Below are positions 8,584 to 16,170 of a stretch of DNA of 27,400 nt, one piece after another; positions within the stretch are counted from its first letter, which is position 1, and each line of letters begins with the position of its first letter. The translations under genes were made by a program, and so were the position numbers. The stretch is from a virus (lineage: Duplodnaviria; Caudoviricetes): the IMG/VR virus record IMGVR_UViG_3300014884_000057, positions 1-27,400 of that record; one strand, written 5' to 3'. A model generated the notes under the pieces. The model saw only the letters and a list, made by a program, of their open reading frames with translations, made no database searches and was not told the origin of the DNA.

Positions 8584-9287
8584 CGCTTCTTCGTGCCGCC
8601 CGGCTTCGGCTCTTGGGGCCGCGGGGCGCTGGTCTGCGGCGTGTTGGGATCGGGCACCCAGCCCGAGCCGATCGCCGCGGCCGATTCCTGCGACGCGAGG
8701 CTCTCGCCGGGATTGACCGGCGCGACCGCCGCGGCGCGCGTTTCGTCGGTGCCGCCGTAGACGCCCTGATCGGGCTTGCCGGAGACGCCGCCCATGACGC
8801 CGCCGCTCGGCGTCAGGCCGAGCCCGGGCAGGGACTTGAGGGCGTTCTGCGTGCCGATCACTTCGGCGCTGCGGCCGGCGGCCGTCGGCAGGAGATCGCG
8901 GTTGATGCCCTCGACCTTCTCGCCAAACGCCGCGAGTTGTTCCTCGGTGAACGGATCCCAGGTCTCCCGGGGGTCGTGACCGATGATCGTGATCCACGGC
9001 ACGTACTGCGGCGCGCTCGAATCCTGCGGATTCGGGTTGCGCGTGCCCGGCACGATGTTCCGGCGCTGCAGGTGTTTGGCGACCTGGAACTCGCAGCGGA
9101 ACTTCGCGTAGCCCGGCACGACGTAGGTCTGCGCATCGAACATGTCCATGATCGGATGGGGTCCGCGGTTGAGGCAGATCACCATCGACGTCGGCTTGAG
9201 TTCGGCGCTGTGCTGCGTCTCGGGCGTGAGATCTATCACGTCGGATTGATCGAAACCCCTCGGCAGCTCGTAACTGAGACCCTTCAT
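8580..9287 (-). CDS. Hypothetical protein directly downstream of the major capsid gene (235 aa)
   Basis: AGGAG RBS and GC-rich third codon positions. Confidence 0.8.
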   Translation of the reverse strand: MKGLSYELPRGFDQSDVIDLTPETQHSAELKPTSMVICLNRGPHPIMDMFDAQTYVVPGYAKFRCEFQVAKHLQRRNIVPGTRNPNPQDSSAPQYVPWITIIGHDPRETWDPFTEEQLAAFGEKVEGINRDLLPTAAGRSAEVIGTQNALKSLPGLGLTPSGGVMGGVSGKPDQGVYGGTDETRAAAVAPVNPGESLASQESAAAIGSGWVPDPNTPQTSAPRPQEPKPGGTKKR

Positions 9288-9312
9288 GTGTGCTCTCCTG
9301 CGACGCTGAGCA

Positions 9313-9340
9313 CGGGGCGGGTCGTCAGAGACCCGCCCCG
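9313..9340. terminator. GC-rich hairpin after the capsid gene
   Basis: CGGGGCGGGTC (9313-9323) pairs with GACCCGCCCCG (9330-9340). No U-tract. Confidence 0.5.
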
Positions 9341-9378
9341 CGTAACCAGACCGTCGCGACTCGTGTATCCGCCGGCGC

Positions 9379-10659
9379 TTAGGCCGCCTTCACCACGAGC
9401 TGATTGACGTCGATGCCCTCGGCGCGCGCGTTCACGTTCGGCCGCTGGCAGTGGAAGTTGTCCTGTATGAAGTAGAAGGCGGTGTACTCGTCGTAATCCG
9501 ACACCCACTTCAGGACCGAACCCTCTTCGTCCGCCCACTGGCCTTCGTTCTCCACGTAACGAATCCAGGACGACTTGTTGATGCCGAAGAGCATTCGGTA
9601 GGGCGCATCGCGATCGGTGAAGATCGGAATGTCGCCATACGTGATGACGCGGCCGCTCGGCTTCTTGGCCGCGGCCGTGCCGCCGTCGGGGCGCATCAGA
9701 TCGGCGCCCGAATAGCGGCGGTCGGTCTCGAGCAGGACCAGGTAGGCCCGCCGCACCGCGTGCTCGCACGCGAAGAGGTCGAACATCTTGCCGGTCTTGA
9801 TCGAGATGGCGTCGCACATCTGCTGGATGGCATCCAGCGAGAGCGCGCCGACGCCGGTCGTCACGTAGGAGTTGAGGATCGGATAGGTCGTCCGGCTCAG
9901 CCCGTGATACGTGCCGACGAAGGTGCCGTCGTCGATGCCCGCGAGGATGCCCTCGGGCTCCTGGTTGTAGGAGTGCTGCGTCGCCGACTGCGCGATGACG
10001 ATCTTCGCGTTGTCCGCGACGTCGACGGCATGGTCGACGGTGACGGAGGTCAGCGCCGCCGCGACCCCGGTGATGGTCGCCGTGTCGATGACGTTGTTGC
10101 CGGCATCGAGGAAGGCGACATACATGCCGCTCGTGGTGTCGCCGTCGAGGAACCGGCCGCCGCCGAGCGAGCCGGCGACGTTGCCGGGCGCGTCGACTTC
10201 GACCGTGGCGTCCGCGACCTGCGCGCCGTTGACCAGCGCGAGGATGCCGGAGCCGTAGCCCCAGACCACGCGGTTGCGGTGGAAGGCCATCGCTTCGATG
10301 AGCGCGTCCATTTCCGCGGGGATGACCTGTTTCCAGGAGCCCTTGGAATTACGCGACTGCGCGATGACGTTGCGTTCGAAGCCGACGCGCCCGTAGGTGT
10401 TGCGCATCGGGATCGAGAAGTCGGCGAAGACCGAGCGGCCGGCCTGGGGCAGGCGCGCGCGGTTGGCGATCGATCCGACCGACCGATTCCGGCCGATCAT
10501 GATGGGGACGACCTTCTGCCGGCCCACCCAGGAGTCGTCCTTCACTTCAGATTCCATCCACTGAAGCATCAGGTTTTCGTCGGTGAGCTGGTTGACGATC
10601 GCGGGCCCGTAGTCGTCTTTGAACAGCGGGTCCCACTGCGTGGTGTCTGAGCCGGGCAT
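9379..10659 (-). CDS. Major capsid protein (HK97 fold; 426 aa)
   Basis: Follows the portal and scaffold genes. GGAG RBS before ATG 10659. Motif pattern LFKDDYGP.I..QL, WGYGSG.LA, EPEGILA, YGDIPI..DRDAP and C.RPN..AR..GI near the C-terminus. Confidence 0.85.
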   Translation of the reverse strand: MPGSDTTQWDPLFKDDYGPAIVNQLTDENLMLQWMESEVKDDSWVGRQKVVPIMIGRNRSVGSIANRARLPQAGRSVFADFSIPMRNTYGRVGFERNVIAQSRNSKGSWKQVIPAEMDALIEAMAFHRNRVVWGYGSGILALVNGAQVADATVEVDAPGNVAGSLGGGRFLDGDTTSGMYVAFLDAGNNVIDTATITGVAAALTSVTVDHAVDVADNAKIVIAQSATQHSYNQEPEGILAGIDDGTFVGTYHGLSRTTYPILNSYVTTGVGALSLDAIQQMCDAISIKTGKMFDLFACEHAVRRAYLVLLETDRRYSGADLMRPDGGTAAAKKPSGRVITYGDIPIFTDRDAPYRMLFGINKSSWIRYVENEGQWADEEGSVLKWVSDYDEYTAFYFIQDNFHCQRPNVNARAEGIDVNQLVVKAA

Positions 10660-10681
10660 TGGTGCTACTCCGTCGCGCCGT

Positions 10682-11737
10682 TTAGCCGTTGCGAATGCGT
10701 CGGTGCACGTCCGCCAGGTGTTCACGCGTGCCGCGTGCTGGCTGGGTCGCGCCCCCGCCGCCCGCTTGATGCTTCGGGCGCTGTCCGTTGGTTGTGGCCA
10801 TGCGCTGTTGCTGCGCGGCTTGGACGATGCGAGAGGTCGTGGGATTGACGCCGAGATCCTTGAGGATCTCGCCGGATACCTTCACGGGATCGAGCTTGGC
10901 GCCGGCCTCTTTGTAGGCCGCCGCCATCAGGTTCCGATAGGCGCGCTGAATGCCGGGGTTCTGGATCTTCTTCGCACCGACGTTGATGGTGCTGACCCAT
11001 TCCTTCCGCAGCCCGGCTTCGTCTTTCTGCCGGAGTCCGCCCTCGAGCTGATCGATCCGCGCCAGCGCGGTCTTCAGGGACTTCGCGATCGTGCTATGCG
11101 ATCGCGAGAGGCTCATGAAGAACTTGCCGGGCGCCGTGTTGGTCTCCCAGAGCTTGGCGAACTCCTCGTCGGTGAGGTTGAACTCATCGGCGAGATCCTT
11201 CGCTTCGGCTTTGGTCATCCGATCGGCCCCACGACGGGGCTCGCGATCGTCGTCGTCTCCCCCGCTGCCCTGTACGAGCCGGAGCAGCTTCTCCACATCG
11301 CCGCCGCTGCGCGCCAAGAGCGCGTCAAAGCTGCGGACCTTCTGGATGACGTCGTCGGGATCGGTGATCCCTGCCTTCTTGAGCGCCTTCACGAGCGGCC
11401 AGGCTTTGCCGAAGCGTCGCTTCAGCTTGTTGTGCGACTGACTCAGCGCCTTGTGGCGCTCTTCGATCGGTCGCGCGTCGTCCTGGTCATCCTCGTCACG
11501 CCCGAAGAGCAATTCGTCTTCGTCGTCCTCGGTTCGCGATCCTTCGTGGCCTTCGGCGTCGCCGGCATCCCCGCCCGCGTCGCTCTCACCACCAGTCGCG
11601 TCGTCGCCACCGTCGCCGGCCTCGCCGGCATCGCCCGTGGCTTGGGCATCTGCGCCGCCGCCCGCTGCACCGGCGCCGTCGATGACTTGCATCATCTCGG
11701 GTGCTGGCGTACCAGCGAACGGATTGAACCTGCGCAT
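10682..11737 (-). CDS. Putative capsid scaffolding protein
   Basis: GGAGG RBS before ATG 11737. Acidic disordered N-terminus and coiled-coil segments. Lies between portal and capsid. Confidence 0.7.
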   Translation of the reverse strand: MRRFNPFAGTPAPEMMQVIDGAGAAGGGADAQATGDAGEAGDGGDDATGGESDAGGDAGDAEGHEGSRTEDDEDELLFGRDEDDQDDARPIEERHKALSQSHNKLKRRFGKAWPLVKALKKAGITDPDDVIQKVRSFDALLARSGGDVEKLLRLVQGSGGDDDDREPRRGADRMTKAEAKDLADEFNLTDEEFAKLWETNTAPGKFFMSLSRSHSTIAKSLKTALARIDQLEGGLRQKDEAGLRKEWVSTINVGAKKIQNPGIQRAYRNLMAAAYKEAGAKLDPVKVSGEILKDLGVNPTTSRIVQAAQQQRMATTNGQRPKHQAGGGGATQPARGTREHLADVHRRIRNG

Positions 11738-11776
11738 AGGTTCGTCCTCCGTCGAAATGGGTCCCAGACAGCGAAA

Positions 11777-11830
11777 AGGGCGGGACTTCAAGCGGCGCTA
11801 TGGTCGGCGCCGTCGATGAAGTCCCGCCCT
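11777..11830 (-). terminator. Long hairpin followed by a short U-run, upstream of the scaffold gene
   Basis: AGGGCGGGACTTCA / TGAAGTCCCGCCCT form a 14-bp perfect stem, with an inner CGGCGC/GCGCCG stem. The minus strand reads ...CCCTTTTCG. Confidence 0.55.
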
Positions 11831-11854
11831 GGAACTTGCTGGGCCCGTGTGAAC

Positions 11855-11919
11855 CTGACGACGTGCCGCGTGGGCAACGCGACCGCGCACGGGAGCAACC
11901 CCGTACGCGTTGCCGTCAG
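11855..11919 (-). ncRNA. Candidate three-way-junction RNA immediately 3' of the tRNA
   Basis: Minus-strand stems CTGACGGC/GTCGTCAG, CGCGTACGGG/CCCGTGCGCG and GTCGCGT/ACGCGGC (G-U allowed). Confidence 0.45.
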
Positions 11920-11922
11920 AAG

Positions 11923-11999
11923 TGGTTGCGGTGACTGGATTTGAACCAGTGACAATTCGGTTATGAGCCGAGCGCTCTACCAGGCTGAGCTACACCGCG
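11923..11999 (-). tRNA. tRNA with CAT anticodon (Met/fMet-like), CCA encoded
   Basis: CGCGGTG TA GCTC AGCCTGGTA GAGC G CTCGG CTCATAA CCGAA TTGTC ACTGG TTCAAAT CCAGT CACCGCA ACCA forms a 77-nt cloverleaf. Confidence 0.95.
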
Positions 12000-12039
12000 A
12001 CAATCTACATAGCGACCTCTAAAGATTTCGAGCTTCCAC

Positions 12040-12305
12040 GTCAGTCTGCACAGCAACGGGCATACCGCCCATCGTCTTTTTTGTGCGGTGAGGGCACCGG
12101 CCACACCAGCGCCGTGCGACGTGGGCTCCCAGACCGCGTGGACGACCACGCGACTTGCCGGCCCCTCACCGGCACAAACCCTGACAAACGAAGGTGGTGA
12201 CGTCCATGTCGCAGCGCGAGCCGGGCGACAATCGCCGCGCAGATGCTCTGAACGTGCCGGTGGAAGGTCTACACCGACGGACCGAACAACCATGTTCGTC
12301 ACCAC
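12040..12305 (-). ncRNA. Candidate multi-domain structured RNA 5' of the tRNA
   Basis: Closing stems GTGGTGACG/CGTCACCAC (12194-12305) and TTTGTG-CGGTGAGGG-GCCGGC/GCCGGT-CCCTCACCG-CACAAA (12080-12178) with internal hairpins, plus a hairpin at 12054-12074. Confidence 0.45.
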
Positions 12306-12314
12306 TCTTTTGCG

Positions 12315-14819
12315 CTACACCGGCGCGCCGCCCAGCGGGTCGGGCGGCGGCTCCCCGGGTTGAGGCAACGGCTGTTGCAGCAGGGCCTCGGTAATCTGAT
12401 CGATCGACGGGCCCGCCGCCATCGGCGGGGCGGGCGCCATCGGCGGCGCGTCGCTGTCGGCGCCGTCCGGCACGAGCACGCCGGCCTGGATGGCCTCATC
12501 GAGGGTGCCGCCCTGGCCCGCTTCGCCGGTATCGGGGGTCAACACGCGGGACTGAATCGCTTGGTCGAGCGTGCCGCCGCCGCCGGGCGCGGGCGCGGTG
12601 GGCGCGCCGCCGCCCTCGGGTCCGGCGGGCGCGGGTGCGCCGCCCGGGCCAGCCGGCAGCGCCGGCTGCGTCATAATTTGGAGATTGGCGACGTGCTGCA
12701 CCATCGCGCCGTAGACCGCCGGGTTCTGCTCGGCCAGGATTTCCGCCTCTTCGCTCTTCAGAAACGCCTGCTTCAAATACCGGTGGAGCGTGAGGTTGCT
12801 CGTGACCGGGTTGACGGGCCGGATCTGGTCTGGCGTCGTCGCCGCCTTCCAGCGTTCGAGCTCGCGCCCGACCTGTCGGCGGTCGACGTCCCAGGACGGT
12901 TTGAGATTCGCGAGGTTCATCTCGACGAGGAGCTTGCCTTGCAGCTCGGGATCCGTCGCCGGCGGCGGTAGGACGCCCAGCGCCAGCGCTTTTTCGAGTT
13001 TGAGTTGCTGCAGAACGGGGTTCTTCGGCCACGCGCTCGCGCGCGCGACGACGATATCGATCTGCCCGGTCAGGTCCGCGGCCGCGAACTGCTTGAGCTC
13101 CCACTGGCCGTTTTCGCCGCGGATGCGGCGGAAGCGCGGCGACCACGCGGACTGCCGCGCGATCGCGAGCAGCATGAACGACAGGTCCTTCTCGAAGTCG
13201 ATGAGCGCGCCGAGCGGCGAATGGAACGTCGCCATGCCGCGCTGTTCGAGGATCTCGACCTCGCCGAGCGTCGGATCGCCCTCGGGGCGCTCGCCTTGGA
13301 GCACGGAGTTGAGGCCGGAGACCTTCTCCATCTTCGCGTCGAGGTTGTCGAGGCGGGCAAAGAGCGCTTCGGGCGGGTTCTGGCCGCGCGATTCGGTGGG
13401 CTTCTGGCCGTCGATCGAGCGATAGCGGACGTTCTCGCCGGGGACGCCGGTGAGCTCGTCGAGGAGGGTGACGGTGTCGGGGATGTACCGCGTCGGCGCG
13501 GCGTCGTGCATGATGATCAGCTCGATCATCGCTTCCGTGAGGTTGCGGGACTGCTGGATCGGCACGAGATCATCGGCCGGCGGATGGCCAAAGGCGTTCT
13601 GGCCGTCGGTGTCCCACGTGCGGATGAGGAAGTTCTTCATCGGCCGCGGGCTGTCGGGGTTGCCGTCGGTGTAGGGTAGCGGACCGGCGTCGATCAGAGT
13701 GTTGGCGAGGTAGACACCGTAGCACCCCTCGGGGAGATTCACCTCATGGTCGACGATCGGGTCGTGCTGCAGGCGGTAGACGACGGGCCCGTCCTGGCCG
13801 ACCGAGCCGCCGCCGAGGCTGGCGCCGCCCGATTGCGGGCTCGAGAGCCGGCGCATCTCGTCGGCATAGGCGCGGGTCAGCGCGCCATCGGCCCAATTCG
13901 CCTTGTTGTTGACGAGATCGGCGAGCCCGGGGTATTTGTCGCCCCACATCCGGAGAATGTCGCTGGGCGTCATCCGGTTGTGCAGGAGGATCCACGGCAC
14001 GGCTTTGGCGTTCGGGTTGCGGGCCGACGACGGCAAGCTGAACTCGAACGAACTGAGGACCTCGGCGCAAATCTTCCCGATCGGCATCGGCGCGCCCTGC
14101 GCGACGCCGTCGACGGTGAAGGGCTCGAAGGCGTTTTCGGTGTCCTGGTTCCCACAGTGCGGGCAGCCGTCGGCGTCCTCGACCTCCATCGGCATCACCT
14201 GCGCGTTGCACTCCAAACAGGTGAACATCGCGACGTCCTCGGTGCCGTACTTCTCGTCGCTGTCGTAGTAGAGGACGTAGGCGGCCTTGTCGGTCTTGGT
14301 CGCGAGGGAGTTGAGCTGGTGCCGATGGCCTTCGCTGTCGTAGCCGCACTCCTCGCGCAGCACGGGGACGGCGTCCTCGGCGACGTCGGCGGTCGCCTTG
14401 TCCTCGTCGCTGTCGGTGCGCGGGCCGTAGACCTGGGCGGGCTCGGACTGGTCGAGGATGGACGTCAGGCCCCGGACCACGATCCGAAACATATTGGTGA
14501 CGGGGCGCGGCACCCAGGCCGGCAAGCCGCCCTGGTCGGGGTTCTCGGGCCGCGGGACGTAGCGATTGGTGCCGTTATCCCAGATGCACCAGTGATTGTC
14601 GCGACCGCCACGGTCGAACCGGAGATTGAGAATATCCTGGCGATCGCGCAACAGCCGCGCGGTGTTGTTCTTCGCGTCGGCGATGCACCGATCCATAAGG
14701 ATGCGGCCGTGCGCCTGATAGTCGATCTGGCGCGCGGGTGTGGTCGGTTCGGTTGTCGCGCCGGGTCCTGGGGACGCCGGCGCACGGCCTTCTACAGGCC
14801 GTTCAGCCGTCGGGTCCAT
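12315..14819 (-). CDS. Portal protein (large, P22/podovirus-like; 834 aa)
   Basis: Lies between TerL and scaffold. Portal-like motifs VTNMFR..V, LVPIQQ.RN and MEKVSGLN.V.QG. Pro/Gly-rich tail. Confidence 0.85.
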   Translation of the reverse strand: MDPTAERPVEGRAPASPGPGATTEPTTPARQIDYQAHGRILMDRCIADAKNNTARLLRDRQDILNLRFDRGGRDNHWCIWDNGTNRYVPRPENPDQGGLPAWVPRPVTNMFRIVVRGLTSILDQSEPAQVYGPRTDSDEDKATADVAEDAVPVLREECGYDSEGHRHQLNSLATKTDKAAYVLYYDSDEKYGTEDVAMFTCLECNAQVMPMEVEDADGCPHCGNQDTENAFEPFTVDGVAQGAPMPIGKICAEVLSSFEFSLPSSARNPNAKAVPWILLHNRMTPSDILRMWGDKYPGLADLVNNKANWADGALTRAYADEMRRLSSPQSGGASLGGGSVGQDGPVVYRLQHDPIVDHEVNLPEGCYGVYLANTLIDAGPLPYTDGNPDSPRPMKNFLIRTWDTDGQNAFGHPPADDLVPIQQSRNLTEAMIELIIMHDAAPTRYIPDTVTLLDELTGVPGENVRYRSIDGQKPTESRGQNPPEALFARLDNLDAKMEKVSGLNSVLQGERPEGDPTLGEVEILEQRGMATFHSPLGALIDFEKDLSFMLLAIARQSAWSPRFRRIRGENGQWELKQFAAADLTGQIDIVVARASAWPKNPVLQQLKLEKALALGVLPPPATDPELQGKLLVEMNLANLKPSWDVDRRQVGRELERWKAATTPDQIRPVNPVTSNLTLHRYLKQAFLKSEEAEILAEQNPAVYGAMVQHVANLQIMTQPALPAGPGGAPAPAGPEGGGAPTAPAPGGGGTLDQAIQSRVLTPDTGEAGQGGTLDEAIQAGVLVPDGADSDAPPMAPAPPMAAGPSIDQITEALLQQPLPQPGEPPPDPLGGAPV

Positions 14820-15153
14820 GCGTCAATGCGGCTTTGCCCGGCTGCTTTGACGAGTCGATTTCAGTGACGCCCATCCCGCGGGCGATCGCGGCCATTGTGT
14901 TGATCGGGGGTGGAGACGGGGGCGATGCGACGCGGGTGGCGACGCCCTTGGAGACGAGGAGCGCGTCGGCGGTGCGCTCTTCGCGCGCCCGCCAGTAGTC
15001 GCGGTCGATGGTGATGGCCTCGATCATGTCTTCGAGGTCAGGGCAGCGGTCGCACGCCGCACGGGGCCGATCCCCATTTAAAAAGCGCTCGAGGCGAGCG
15101 CCCGCCGCGAGACCGGCGAAGAACGCGACGAGCGGCACGACGAACTCGATCAT
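14803..15153 (-). CDS. Hypothetical protein with N-terminal hydrophobic helix
   Basis: MIEFVVPLVAFFAGLAAG followed by CxxC and a short coiled coil. Overlaps the portal start. Confidence 0.65.
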   Translation of the reverse strand: MIEFVVPLVAFFAGLAAGARLERFLNGDRPRAACDRCPDLEDMIEAITIDRDYWRAREERTADALLVSKGVATRVASPPSPPPINTMAAIARGMGVTEIDSSKQPGKAALTHGPDG

Positions 15154-15159
15154 CGCTGG

Positions 15160-15654
15160 TTACACGTCCAAGCGCTGCAGGATCTCCAGGAGACCCTCGT
15201 TGTGGGTGCGGACCGTGCGCGTCGAGTCGCGAAAGAGATCGGAGACGCAGTGCTGGCTCGGTGCGTCGCTGTAGTCACCGGTGCCGCTCGATGGCGGGGA
15301 CGGGCGCAACAGGCCGGCCTGGTCGAGCGCGACGTAGAGCTGTTCGAGGATCTGGCGCTGCTCGCCGAGGGCATGGTCGATCGACTTGCACGCGGTCAGG
15401 ACGCCGTCGCTGGGATCCTTCGGGCGGTCGGCTTGTAGCGCGCGGCCGGCGCCCTGTGCCGCACGCCTGTTGTAATGGTGATCCGCGGTCGTTCTCGCGA
15501 CCTCCTCGCCGCGCGCCAGTTCGCGCGCCCGAAGGCGGTCGCTGCCGTCAACCTTGTCCGCCGTAACGAGTTCATCGCCGCGATAGCGCCGGTCCTCGGG
15601 GATGCCGTCGCACGCTTGCTCGGGCACGTTCGGGTTCATGTTCTTGTCAAACAT
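15160..15654 (-). CDS. Hypothetical protein (164 aa)
   Basis: Abuts the upstream stop and fits the operon. Confidence 0.65.
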   Translation of the reverse strand: MFDKNMNPNVPEQACDGIPEDRRYRGDELVTADKVDGSDRLRARELARGEEVARTTADHHYNRRAAQGAGRALQADRPKDPSDGVLTACKSIDHALGEQRQILEQLYVALDQAGLLRPSPPSSGTGDYSDAPSQHCVSDLFRDSTRTVRTHNEGLLEILQRLDV

Positions 15655-16089
15655 TCAGTCCACCTTTCCGAGAAACGCCCAGCGGAGCCGGGCGAGGAAT
15701 CCCATCTGTTCGAAACGCTCCTGCCGGCGCGCGAGCTCGACGACCTGCCGATCCACGTCGGCGCGAAGCCGTTTGTCCTGCGTATCGACGTAATGCCGCT
15801 GCTCGTTCGCGAGCGTCGTCACCACGTGGTGCTGGTGGTCGGCCATCGCGTCGGTGTGCCGGCGCTGCGCGTCGATGCCCTTTTGGAGTTCTGCGGTGCG
15901 CGAGAGAGTGAAGGCTTCGACGGCCGCGAACTTCGTCACGACCTCGGCCTGTTGCTGGCCGATCTGCCCGACGCGGTTCTGGCACGAGTCGAGCGCGGAC
16001 ACGACCTCGTTGGTCTTGTCGACGGCGACGCGCGATTCGCGAATCAGTTGGCGGCGGCTGACGTGGCCCGGCGGTGTCAGTGTGTCCAT
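15655..16089 (-). CDS. Coiled-coil hypothetical protein (144 aa)
   Basis: Heptad-like Q/E/R/A composition with C-terminal GFLARLRWAFLG. Confidence 0.7.
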   Translation of the reverse strand: MDTLTPPGHVSRRQLIRESRVAVDKTNEVVSALDSCQNRVGQIGQQQAEVVTKFAAVEAFTLSRTAELQKGIDAQRRHTDAMADHQHHVVTTLANEQRHYVDTQDKRLRADVDRQVVELARRQERFEQMGFLARLRWAFLGKVD

Positions 16090-16170
16090 CGATCGCCCGA
16101 AAACACGCGCATGGAACGCGCGAGTGGCCTTGAGTCTGCGGCACGACCGGCCCTACCGCCCATCGAAAAC

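Noticed and set aside
11831-11860. CAGG...AGCA resembling the SRP RNA helix 8 motif
   Set aside because: It lacks the GNRA tetraloop and the correct spacing.
11923-11999. tRNA as an att site or prophage boundary
   Set aside because: Head genes continue on both sides, no duplicated tRNA 3' end was seen, and no integrase is present in the window.
11961-12305. 114-aa minus-strand ORF in the non-coding island
   Set aside because: It overlaps the tRNA, has atypical composition and no convincing RBS.
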